60,058 bases of DNA from NCBI GenBank assembly GCA_964409485.1, contig CAYPDM010000002.1:1-60058 (forward strand). Direction: 5' to 3'. This document shows, piece after piece, positions 53,014 through 60,058 of the stretch; position 1 is the first letter of the stretch; each line of letters opens with the position of its first letter. Position numbers and translations under genes: made by a program. The DNA comes from an uncultured Dehalococcoidaceae bacterium. Its GTDB lineage: Bacteria > Chloroflexota > Dehalococcoidia > Dehalococcoidales > RBG-16-60-22. A model generated the notes under the pieces. That model had not been told where the DNA came from. It saw nothing but the letters and a program-made list of their open reading frames with translations, and ran no database searches.

Positions 53014-53709
53014 ATGATTAAAGCCGTTTTCTTCGACCTCTACCAGACGCTGGTGCGTTATGACCCGCCCCGGGAAGAACTCGAGGCGAAAGTGCTCAAG
53101 GATTTTGGCATCGATGTCAGCCCGGCGGCGCTGGCTCGCCCCATGGTAGTAGCCGATGAATTCATCTATAACGAAATCGCCCGGCTGCCGTTGAGCGGGC
53201 GTTCCACGGAAGGAAAAATGGCCCTGTACGCAGAGTACCAGGGAATACTGCTCCGTGAGGCCGGTATCGAATACGACCGGAAAATTATCACGAGCCTGCT
53301 TGGCGCGATGATGCAATCGAGAATGGACCTGGTCCTCTTCGACGATGTGACGCCCCTTCTCAACGACCTGAAAGGCAGAGGCTTAATTCTGGGCTTAATC
53401 TCCAATATTGAGCAGGATATGACCGAAACGCTGACGAAGCTGGAACTGCCCTCGTGGCTGGATACTATCGTAACCTCGCTGGATACCGGCGCCGGCAAGC
53501 CGCGCCCCGAAATTTTCCAGGAGGCGTTGCGGCGGGCCGGTGTCCAGCCCTCGGAGGCTCTGTACATCGGCGACCAGTACCAGGTTGACGTCGTCGGCGC
53601 CCGCGGGGTCGGCATGAAGGGAATACTTATCGACCGTAATGATTATTACGGGGATGATATCGACTGCCCCAAGATAAGCAGTCTGGCCCAGGTGGTGGAT
53701 TACCTGTGA
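53014..53709 (+). CDS. HAD-superfamily hydrolase (subfamily IA, haloacid-dehalogenase-like)
   Basis: 231 aa. Motif I FFDLYQTL, motif II ISN, motif III/IV GKPRPEIF...IGDQYQVDVVGA. Confidence 0.88.
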   Translation: MIKAVFFDLYQTLVRYDPPREELEAKVLKDFGIDVSPAALARPMVVADEFIYNEIARLPLSGRSTEGKMALYAEYQGILLREAGIEYDRKIITSLLGAMMQSRMDLVLFDDVTPLLNDLKGRGLILGLISNIEQDMTETLTKLELPSWLDTIVTSLDTGAGKPRPEIFQEALRRAGVQPSEALYIGDQYQVDVVGARGVGMKGILIDRNDYYGDDIDCPKISSLAQVVDYL

Positions 53710-55124
53710 GTCCCGGCGGTATTCTCTACGTAATCAACCGGCCGGTACCTCTCTCCTCCTAACGGGCATTCACCGCACCTGCCCTGTGAGCACAGAGTTT
53801 TATAGATATGCAGCAGACCCTGCTGCCTCCGGGCTGTGCTGACCATGTAGCGGCCTATCCCCAACTGGTTTACCATGTGCCTTTCCAAAGCGTTTTCGTC
53901 CAGCCCGGGGTAACGACGATAAATTTCCAGGGCTTTCCCGGCCAGTTCCGGGCGGGCTCCCCAGGCGATGGTGAAGGGTAGCAGCACGTTGACGACGATA
54001 TCGGCCGCCCGTCCCCTGCCCAGGAGCGCGGGATAGCAACCCCCGCCTGACAGTCCGGAACCGGCGCCAGCTACCCGATGACTGCCGGCTGTTACCAGTA
54101 ACGCCCTTTCTAACCCCCGGAAACCGGCTTCGCCCGCTGCTTCATCAAGCCTGCCGAGCAGCCCCGCCAGCATCCCCTCGCCCTTATAACGAAGCAGCAG
54201 ATGGCACATCGCCGCGATACGGCGCGTGGGCAGATTGCCCGGTCTGACCTTGAAAAAAGCCCACGCATCTTCAGACATAGTCGCGGTTTCACGGCAGCCA
54301 TCCCACACCCGCTCCAGCCCGGCTATCCAATTATCGGCATACTGTGCCGCATAGTACGTTCCGGTACGCTGCGATGGCAGCAGTCCCGCCATACCCGCCA
54401 GCCGGGCATGATATTGTGCCAGACATTCGTAATCTGCCAGTTCTCCTGAAGCCGCCGATTCCAGCTTGCGGAGCGGCATCCGTTCGGCCAGCTCTACCAT
54501 CTGGAGCTTGTTCTTGCTATACCCCAGCGCCCCCATTATCCCCCGGTACAGCGACTGGCCCGCGCCCGCCAGGTTGAGTTCCGTTTGAAAGTCAGCCACC
54601 CTGGAGAAAAAACGCGTCTCTCCAGCCGCGTCAAGGATTGCGCCCGTAAGTTCTTTATCCCACCGGCGTACGGCATCGCGGCAGGGCATCGTATGGGTCC
54701 GCGGAATTTTCACGGGGTCGGCACTCACGTCGCTTAAATCCCCGATGAATTTGTGCAGCGCCAGGGTCGGCACCTTCCTGCCGTTCTGGAGGATTACAGC
54801 CCTGTCCACATCATTCCAGAAGACGACATGCAGAACCACCCGGTTATAGACAGGGTCATGATGGTGCCGGTGCGCCCACCAGCTGCTGGTCTTAACATGA
54901 ATTTCAACATCACCCCTCAATAGTCCCTGTCTCGTGGCAATCACTGCGTCACGGTAATCGGCACCGCGGTCTCCGTTAAGCCTGCCCGGATAGACTATCC
55001 TGACCGGCTCGTTGTCCTCGGTGACGAGGTCGGTCCTGCCCGGCAGGCGGTCCCGCCAGATTTCAACGACCCGACTCTCCGGAAAAGTACCCGTGATAAA
55101 CCTCCGTTCTCCGGCCTGTTTCAC
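53700..55124 (-). CDS. DUF2851-family protein
   Basis: Signature VYPGRLNGDRGADYRDAVI...GDVEIHVKTSSWWAHRHHHDPVYNRVVLHVV. Start uncertain: the GTG at 55124 avoids a 112-nt overlap with the upstream gene; the ORF is open to the ATG at 55250. Confidence 0.7.
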   Translation of the reverse strand: MKQAGERRFITGTFPESRVVEIWRDRLPGRTDLVTEDNEPVRIVYPGRLNGDRGADYRDAVIATRQGLLRGDVEIHVKTSSWWAHRHHHDPVYNRVVLHVVFWNDVDRAVILQNGRKVPTLALHKFIGDLSDVSADPVKIPRTHTMPCRDAVRRWDKELTGAILDAAGETRFFSRVADFQTELNLAGAGQSLYRGIMGALGYSKNKLQMVELAERMPLRKLESAASGELADYECLAQYHARLAGMAGLLPSQRTGTYYAAQYADNWIAGLERVWDGCRETATMSEDAWAFFKVRPGNLPTRRIAAMCHLLLRYKGEGMLAGLLGRLDEAAGEAGFRGLERALLVTAGSHRVAGAGSGLSGGGCYPALLGRGRAADIVVNVLLPFTIAWGARPELAGKALEIYRRYPGLDENALERHMVNQLGIGRYMVSTARRQQGLLHIYKTLCSQGRCGECPLGGERYRPVDYVENTAGTHR

Positions 55125-55138
55125 GGTTGACTTCGAGG

Positions 55139-56569
55139 TTAACCGGCGTGAAGAAGGTATTGCCGATAGCGGTACAGCGCCGCCAGCGATACTATGGCAT
55201 CTTCGTCGCTGGTATAACTGGGTATGCCAATCTTTTGAAAACCGCGGCATAACTTCAGGTAAATACTCCTGTCCCCGAAAGGGCTGACGGCCATGATGGG
55301 CTTGCGAGGAAAATCTTTCCTGATACCGGCAAATAGCGACGGGGTGTCTTTACCGGGCAACCAGTCGACCGCGGCCATAATTACCACCACCGCGTCCACG
55401 CCGCTGTCTTCCAGCACCGCTCTTAACACCGTGGTATAGGTCGCCTCAAATCCGCTGGTCTCCACGGCGGTCCAGACATCCACCGGACTCCTTACCTTCC
55501 ACCAGTCGGGATAGACGGTCTTTATCCTGGCTTTGGTGGCCGGCGCCAGCTCCGCAATTTCGAGTCCGTTCCTGATACAGGCATCGACAGCGGTAACACA
55601 GCCGGACCCGGCCAGATTGATGACGGCCACCCGGTTCCCTGCCGGCAGCGGCGCGTAAACGAACCCCCTGGTCGCATCCCAGAGCCGTTCGAAGCTGTCT
55701 ACCCTGATGATTCCCGACTGCCGGAAAGCGGCATCGTAAACGCGGTCTTCTCCGGCCACGGAGCCGGTATGGGTGGCCGATGCCCTGGCCCCGGAATCGG
55801 TTACGGCCGATTTAAGGATGAGTATCGGCTTGTCCCTGACGATACGGCGGCTTAATTTGAGGAAACGCTGACCGTCTTTAATGCTCTCCAGGTACATGGC
55901 GATGATTTTTGTCTGCGGATCCTCACCGAAATACTCCAGCATATCGCTTTCATCGACATCGCACCTGTTGCCCAGGCAGGCTATCTTACTGATGCCGATT
56001 TCACTGTTAATCAGCGGTAGAAAGACACCGGTGAACAGGCCGGTCTGGCCGATAAACCCCACTATACCCTTCCCGATATCACCCTCCGGCAGGAAAAGTT
56101 CGTTCAGCCGTCCGAGGCTCGTATCTAAACGACTCTCCGGGTTAATTGTGCCGACGCTGTTCGGACCCATGATCCTTATCCCGGTCTTTTCTGCTATCCC
56201 GGCTATCCGCTTTTCCAATCGTGCGCCGGCCGCGTCCATCTCTCCGAAACCGGCGGATTCTATTATAACCGCCCTGACCCCCCTGTCTACACATTCTTCG
56301 AGAGACGCCACGACCATCGCGGGCGGCAACACGATAATCGCCAGTTCGGGTGTTTCCGGGATATCCTTCAATGCGTGGAAGACCTTCAGACCCAGAATTT
56401 GCTCTGCCCGCGGATTCACAGGATATATCGTCCCCTTATAACCAAGCCGGAGCAGATTTTCAACGATATTATAGCCGCCCTTGCCCGGTATGCGTGAAGC
56501 GCCGATGACGGCGACACTGGCTGGATAGAAAAACGGCTTTAAACTGCCGTTGTCACGATTGTTTTTCAT
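55139..56569 (-). CDS. ADP-forming acyl/acetyl-CoA synthetase alpha-type subunit (CoA-binding plus succinyl-CoA-synthetase-like flavodoxin domains)
   Basis: 476 aa. SVAVIGASRIPGKGGYNIVENL...YPVNP..., catalytic-His region SATHTGSVAG. No ATP-grasp beta part is encoded next to it. Confidence 0.82.
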   Translation of the reverse strand: MKNNRDNGSLKPFFYPASVAVIGASRIPGKGGYNIVENLLRLGYKGTIYPVNPRAEQILGLKVFHALKDIPETPELAIIVLPPAMVVASLEECVDRGVRAVIIESAGFGEMDAAGARLEKRIAGIAEKTGIRIMGPNSVGTINPESRLDTSLGRLNELFLPEGDIGKGIVGFIGQTGLFTGVFLPLINSEIGISKIACLGNRCDVDESDMLEYFGEDPQTKIIAMYLESIKDGQRFLKLSRRIVRDKPILILKSAVTDSGARASATHTGSVAGEDRVYDAAFRQSGIIRVDSFERLWDATRGFVYAPLPAGNRVAVINLAGSGCVTAVDACIRNGLEIAELAPATKARIKTVYPDWWKVRSPVDVWTAVETSGFEATYTTVLRAVLEDSGVDAVVVIMAAVDWLPGKDTPSLFAGIRKDFPRKPIMAVSPFGDRSIYLKLCRGFQKIGIPSYTSDEDAIVSLAALYRYRQYLLHAG

Positions 56570-56696
56570 AAAGACTACTCTTCACCAATGATGCTCGTGG
56601 AATAAACGCCCGCGTTACCCCCTTACCCTTGAGCAGACTTCCTATCCCTTACTTTCTACCGGATTACGGTAATCATACACGTTTCCGTGTAGGGTG

Positions 56697-56990
56697 TCAA
56701 GCTTTATTATTTCTTTCGCCTGCCTCGTATTTAAACCTGGCCTGCTCGGCAATTATGGAAAGAAGCGTGGCCGAGGCGCCCCGGGGCCGGTACATTCCCG
56801 TTTCCCACTCGCTGATGGTCTGCTGACGGGTGCCCAGTCTATCCGATAACTCGCGCTGGGTCATCCCCAGGTGACGGCGCAGCTTCTGAATTCCATGGCC
56901 GTCCCATTGTATCCGTTTCCTTCCCGAACTCTTACTCACGACCAGATTGTACACGATGCAGTGTAAATCGTCAAAGATAGTCTGCCTCAT
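56697..56990 (-). CDS. XRE-family HTH regulator (YiaG/MqsA-C-terminal-like)
   Basis: 97 aa. IQKLRRHLGMTQRELSDRLGTRQQTISEWETGMYRPRGASATLLSII. Confidence 0.8.
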   Translation of the reverse strand: MRQTIFDDLHCIVYNLVVSKSSGRKRIQWDGHGIQKLRRHLGMTQRELSDRLGTRQQTISEWETGMYRPRGASATLLSIIAEQARFKYEAGERNNKA

Positions 56991-57003
56991 CTTTATCGGC
57001 TTT

Positions 57004-57260
57004 CCCCTCCCACCCCCCGTTTCTTATCTATTCCCACCCTAACCGCCCCGTATCATCTGCGTCTTAACCCATAGTTACTTAACCCCTTCACCTCTTAGAG
57101 GGGTAAAGGAGGCGGCGTATTTTTTAATCATTCACGGCACTGGCCTCTTTATACGAAAGACACAATGAGCACTACTCTATTTGTAAATATTCCCCCTTCC
57201 TTTTCCAAAGGAAGGGGGCTAGGGGGATAGATTCACCAGAAAATACAAGGGGGTGAGGTA
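57004..57260 (+). repeat. full-length but diverged member of the composite repeat family
   Basis: Left end CCCCTCCCACCCCCCG, box TTCCCACCCTAACCGCCCCGTATCATCT, hairpin CCCCCTTCC-N9-GGAAGGGGG (57192-57218), right end CTAGGGGGATAGATTCACCAGAAAATACAAGGGGGTGAGGTA. Confidence 0.75.
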
Positions 57261-57284
57261 AAAAATAAAATAATTGAAGCTGAT

Positions 57285-57953
57285 TTAGCCTTTTTTATCT
57301 GGAGTCTTAACGCTATCCTTGAACGCAAGCGCCCCCGTGGGACATACCTCGATGCACCGGTGACAGTCCAGGCACTGGTCCTTACCTATCGGCTCATCGG
57401 CGAAGGTAGTCATCACCCTGTCGAACCCCCGGTGCGCAAACCCGAATACGCCCGACTGTACATCGTGGCGGCAGGCCCATATGCAGCGTCCGCACAGGAC
57501 GCACTTGTTCGGGTCGTACGTGAAAAGCGGATTGCTGTCGTCCAAGGGCAGCTCTCTCGTCAATAGACGTAAACGTTTCGTTTTCAGGCTAACTTTCAGG
57601 TGGCGGGCGATTTTCTGGAGTTCGCAGACGCCGTTGGCCGCACAATGGGCGCAGTCGAGGGCGTGCGACGCCATGATAAGCTCGAAGCCGGCCCGCGCCA
57701 GCGCTAAAGACTTTTCACCCCTGGTGTTCACTGCCATGCCCTCGGCCGCCACGACGGTGCAGGAGGTTACCGGCTCTTTTATCCCCTCTATTTCCACCCA
57801 GCACAGCCGGCAGGATGCGCTGGACTCCGGTTTATCTTTGATATAGCAGAGGTTGGGGATATAGATGCCGTTATCCAGCGCCGCCCGGAGGAGCTTTTCG
57901 CCGGGGCGGGCGCTTATCTTTTGCCCGTCGATGGTCAGCGTTACGGTCTTCAT
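57285..57953 (-). CDS. HoxU/NuoG-N-terminal-like iron-sulfur subunit ([2Fe-2S] plus His-ligated and 2x[4Fe-4S] sites)
   Basis: 222 aa. CRLCWVEI...C (plant-type 2Fe-2S), HALDCAHCAANGVCELQ, CVLCGRCIWAC, CLDCHRCIEVCP. No molybdopterin or H-cluster domain. Confidence 0.85.
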   Translation of the reverse strand: MKTVTLTIDGQKISARPGEKLLRAALDNGIYIPNLCYIKDKPESSASCRLCWVEIEGIKEPVTSCTVVAAEGMAVNTRGEKSLALARAGFELIMASHALDCAHCAANGVCELQKIARHLKVSLKTKRLRLLTRELPLDDSNPLFTYDPNKCVLCGRCIWACRHDVQSGVFGFAHRGFDRVMTTFADEPIGKDQCLDCHRCIEVCPTGALAFKDSVKTPDKKG

Positions 57954-59887
57954 TTATCGGGCACCTCGCTCGGCGGTGACAGCTTTACGACGGCATTGTA
58001 TTGCGGCGGACAGGCGGTCAGGCAGGTGCCGCACTTGACGCACTTCTCCTGGTCGATGACCTTGATTCTCTTCTTGTCGGGGGTTATCGCCTCCACAGTG
58101 CACGTGCCGACGCAGGCATCGCAGGAACGTTCGCACTTGTCGGGTAGAATGTAGTAGGCGATGAGGTGCAGGCACATCAGGGCCGGGCACCTGCCCAGCT
58201 TGATATGCTCCTCGTATTCGTCGCGGAAGTACCGCAGGGTGGTCAGTATCGGGTTGGGGGCTGTCTGCCCCAGCCGGCACAGCGACCCCGCCCTTACTTC
58301 CCCGGCCAGCTTCTCGAGGTTGTCCAGGTCTTCCATCGTGCCTTTGCCCTGGGTAAAATCGGTCAGGATTTCCAGCATCTGCCGGGTGCCCAGCCGGCAG
58401 AACGTGCACTTGCCGCAGGACTCTCTCTGCGTGAACTCAAGGAAGTAGCGGGCGATTTCCACCATGCAGTCGTCCTCGTCGAGAACAACCATACCGCCGG
58501 AGCCCATCATGGCCCCGCCTTCTTGAAGTGAATCGAAATCTACCGGTAAATCAAGGGCCGATTCCGGCAGGCAGCCGCCGGAAGGGCCGCCTATCTGGAC
58601 GGCTTTGAATTTCCTGCCCCTGGGAATACCGCTGCCCACCTCGAAGATAATCTGGCGCAGTGTGGTGCCCATGGGCACTTCGACGAGCCCGGTGTTGACA
58701 ATCTTGCCCGCCAGGGCGAAGACGGCCGTGCCGGGGCTGTTTTTTATGCCGATTCCTCTAAACCAGTCGGCGCCCTGACTGATAATGTGGCGCACGTAGG
58801 CCAGCGTCTTGACGTTGTTAACGATGGTCGGCTTGCCGTACAGTCCGCTGGTAGCCGGGTAGGGCGGGCGGTGGCGGGGCATGCCGGCCCTGCCTTCAAG
58901 CGACGCTATAAGCGCCGTTTCCTCGCCGCATACAAAGGCCCCCGACCCCTGGAAGAGTATGATATCGAAATTAAAGTCGCTTCCCAGTATATGGCTGCCG
59001 GTAAGTTTTAATTTCTTCGCCTGTTTCAAGGCGTTTTCCACTCTTTGCACCGCCAGCGGGTACTCGGCGCGGACGTAGATATAGCCGTAGCGCGCCCCGA
59101 TGGCGTAGCCGGCGATAATCATGCCTTCGATTACCGAGTGGGGATCGCTTTCCAGTATCGAGCGGTCCATGAACGCCCCGGGGTCGCCCTCGTCGGCGTT
59201 GCAGACGATGTATTTCGGCGTTCCACTGGCTTCCCGGCAAAACTGCCACTTCCTGCCGGCGGGAAAGCCCGCGCCGCCCCTCCCCCTTAGACCCGACCTT
59301 GTTACTTCCCCGATGATTTCATCGGGGGTCTTTTCCAGGGCTTCGGCGAGGGCAGCGTAGCCGCCGCCGGCTATATAATGCTCTATCTCGGTGGGGTCTA
59401 TATGGCCGCAGTTTTTCAGGATAATTTTACGTTCGTGTTGCGCCCGCGGGAAGTCATCGAAACTGGGGAGCATGTCGTTTGCCTCCAGCGCGCCGATGAC
59501 GAATTCGGGGCAAGGATTATCCCCCAGCACGAACTCCTTGACCAGTCTCTCGGCGATAACAGGGTTGACGTAGCCGTAGCATATCGGCGGATAGCCCGGC
59601 TTGCTGATAATGACGATAGGCTCGGCGTAGCAGTGTCCCATGCAGCCTACCTCTATCACCGGGCAGTCGAGGTTACGCTTTTTCACCTCGTCCCGGAAGG
59701 CCTGGAGGACATCCAGGGCGCCGGCGGCCCTACCGCACGTGGCCGCGCCCACCATGATAACGGGCTTGTTGTCCAGTCGCTCCCGCCAGAGTGATTCGGC
59801 GCGTTCCTTTATCTCTCGGAAGACGGCGGCTATCGTTGTCTCTTCAGTCGCTTTCACTCTTCTCTTTGTCTTTCGTTTCATAATCAT
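57950..59887 (-). CDS. NuoF/HoxF/HndC-like NAD(P)H-binding flavoprotein subunit with thioredoxin-like N-terminal and 2x[4Fe-4S] C-terminal domains
   Basis: Start taken at MIMKRK (the ORF is open further upstream into the NuoE-like gene). GLRGRGGAGFPAGRKW (FMN), CNADEGDPGAF, ESCGKCTFCR (N3 cluster), C-terminal CDACVGTC / CVKCGTCLTACP. Confidence 0.88.
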   Translation of the reverse strand: MIMKRKTKRRVKATEETTIAAVFREIKERAESLWRERLDNKPVIMVGAATCGRAAGALDVLQAFRDEVKKRNLDCPVIEVGCMGHCYAEPIVIISKPGYPPICYGYVNPVIAERLVKEFVLGDNPCPEFVIGALEANDMLPSFDDFPRAQHERKIILKNCGHIDPTEIEHYIAGGGYAALAEALEKTPDEIIGEVTRSGLRGRGGAGFPAGRKWQFCREASGTPKYIVCNADEGDPGAFMDRSILESDPHSVIEGMIIAGYAIGARYGYIYVRAEYPLAVQRVENALKQAKKLKLTGSHILGSDFNFDIILFQGSGAFVCGEETALIASLEGRAGMPRHRPPYPATSGLYGKPTIVNNVKTLAYVRHIISQGADWFRGIGIKNSPGTAVFALAGKIVNTGLVEVPMGTTLRQIIFEVGSGIPRGRKFKAVQIGGPSGGCLPESALDLPVDFDSLQEGGAMMGSGGMVVLDEDDCMVEIARYFLEFTQRESCGKCTFCRLGTRQMLEILTDFTQGKGTMEDLDNLEKLAGEVRAGSLCRLGQTAPNPILTTLRYFRDEYEEHIKLGRCPALMCLHLIAYYILPDKCERSCDACVGTCTVEAITPDKKRIKVIDQEKCVKCGTCLTACPPQYNAVVKLSPPSEVPDK

Positions 59888-60058
59888 AACCGAAGGCCAG
59901 CAGTATCCCGTCGACCCTGGTCGGTTCCACCCCGCCCTCCGGCTTCTCGTCGACCACCGTAACCGGCGCCATCGTGCAGCAGCCCACGCAGGCAACGGTA
60001 TCAAGGTCGAACTCGCGGTCTTCGGTGGTCTCGCGTGGATTGATGCCCAGCCTGCGTT
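59844..60058 (-). CDS. NuoE/HoxE/HndA-like [2Fe-2S] subunit, C-terminal ~70 aa (5' end outside window)
   Basis: Frame distinct from the ORF-track frame: ...REFDLDTVACVGCCTMAPVTVVDEKPEGGVEPTRVDGILLAFGYDYETKDKEKSESD, stop TGA at 59846-59844. Confidence 0.7.
   Translation of the reverse strand, partial: RRLGINPRETTEDREFDLDTVACVGCCTMAPVTVVDEKPEGGVEPTRVDGILLAFGYDYETKDKEKSESD

Noticed and set aside
12809-57260. Repeated intergenic elements as a possible CRISPR array or prophage/IS
   Set aside because: Copies are dispersed singly over 55 kb and are not regularly spaced with unique spacers. No cas, transposase, integrase or phage structural genes are present in the window.

Overview
Chromosomal, mostly housekeeping 60-kb segment of a moderately GC-rich, evidently anaerobic bacterium. 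The lineage cannot be proven from sequence alone; the gene content would fit an uncultivated Chloroflexota/Dehalococcoidia-like organism (low confidence). I can support 68 protein-coding genes and one tRNA. Order, left to right: acyl-CoA dehydrogenase 3' end and tgt. Then a tightly packed minus-strand array rich in sulfur and cofactor chemistry: MBL hydrolase, cysE, thi4, YHS-permease, mnmA, fdhD-like, nadA, cutA, ThiF/MoeB-like E1, MoaD/ThiS-like carrier. Then selA-selB; mscS, usp and a CBS protein; an AT-richer patch with a 374-aa coiled-coil protein and small ORFs; and tRNA-Sec. Then tatC-tatB/A-tatA, a hydrogenase endopeptidase and hypE-D-C-(flavin reductase)-F-B-A. Then rpsO-pnp-dapB-asd-dapA; ArsR plus a split permease; GNAT and purA; PIP-synthase-like, GT4 (PimA-like) and ino1; truB-rbfA-infB-ylxR-nusA. 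Then an M20 peptidase, a BcrA/HgdC-type activase, plsX, trxA and trxB; rplI-dnaB-dnaD-like-tandem dnaC/dnaI-like. Finally HAD, DUF2851, an ADP-forming acyl-CoA synthetase alpha subunit, an XRE regulator, and HoxU/NuoG-N-like, NuoF-like and NuoE-like (3' end only) subunits. I saw no CRISPR array, rRNA, transposase, integrase or recognisable defence or toxin system. The most unusual signals are non-coding. There is a family of composite, hairpin-rich intergenic elements of about 170-260 bp, with 8 full or partial copies; two copies 40 kb apart share a 204-nt block with one substitution. There are also dRS3-like palindromes, and members of both classes sit inside the hyp operon. At protein level the notable items are a covalently duplicated DnaC/DnaI-type helicase loader with a DnaJ-type zinc knuckle, a flavin reductase translationally coupled inside the hyp operon, an FdhD homologue without the cysteine pair, two paralogous mini zinc-ribbon proteins, and a Sec-decoding set (selA, selB, tRNA-Sec) with no visible selenoprotein gene. 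All functional calls rest on motif recognition by eye; no database search was run.
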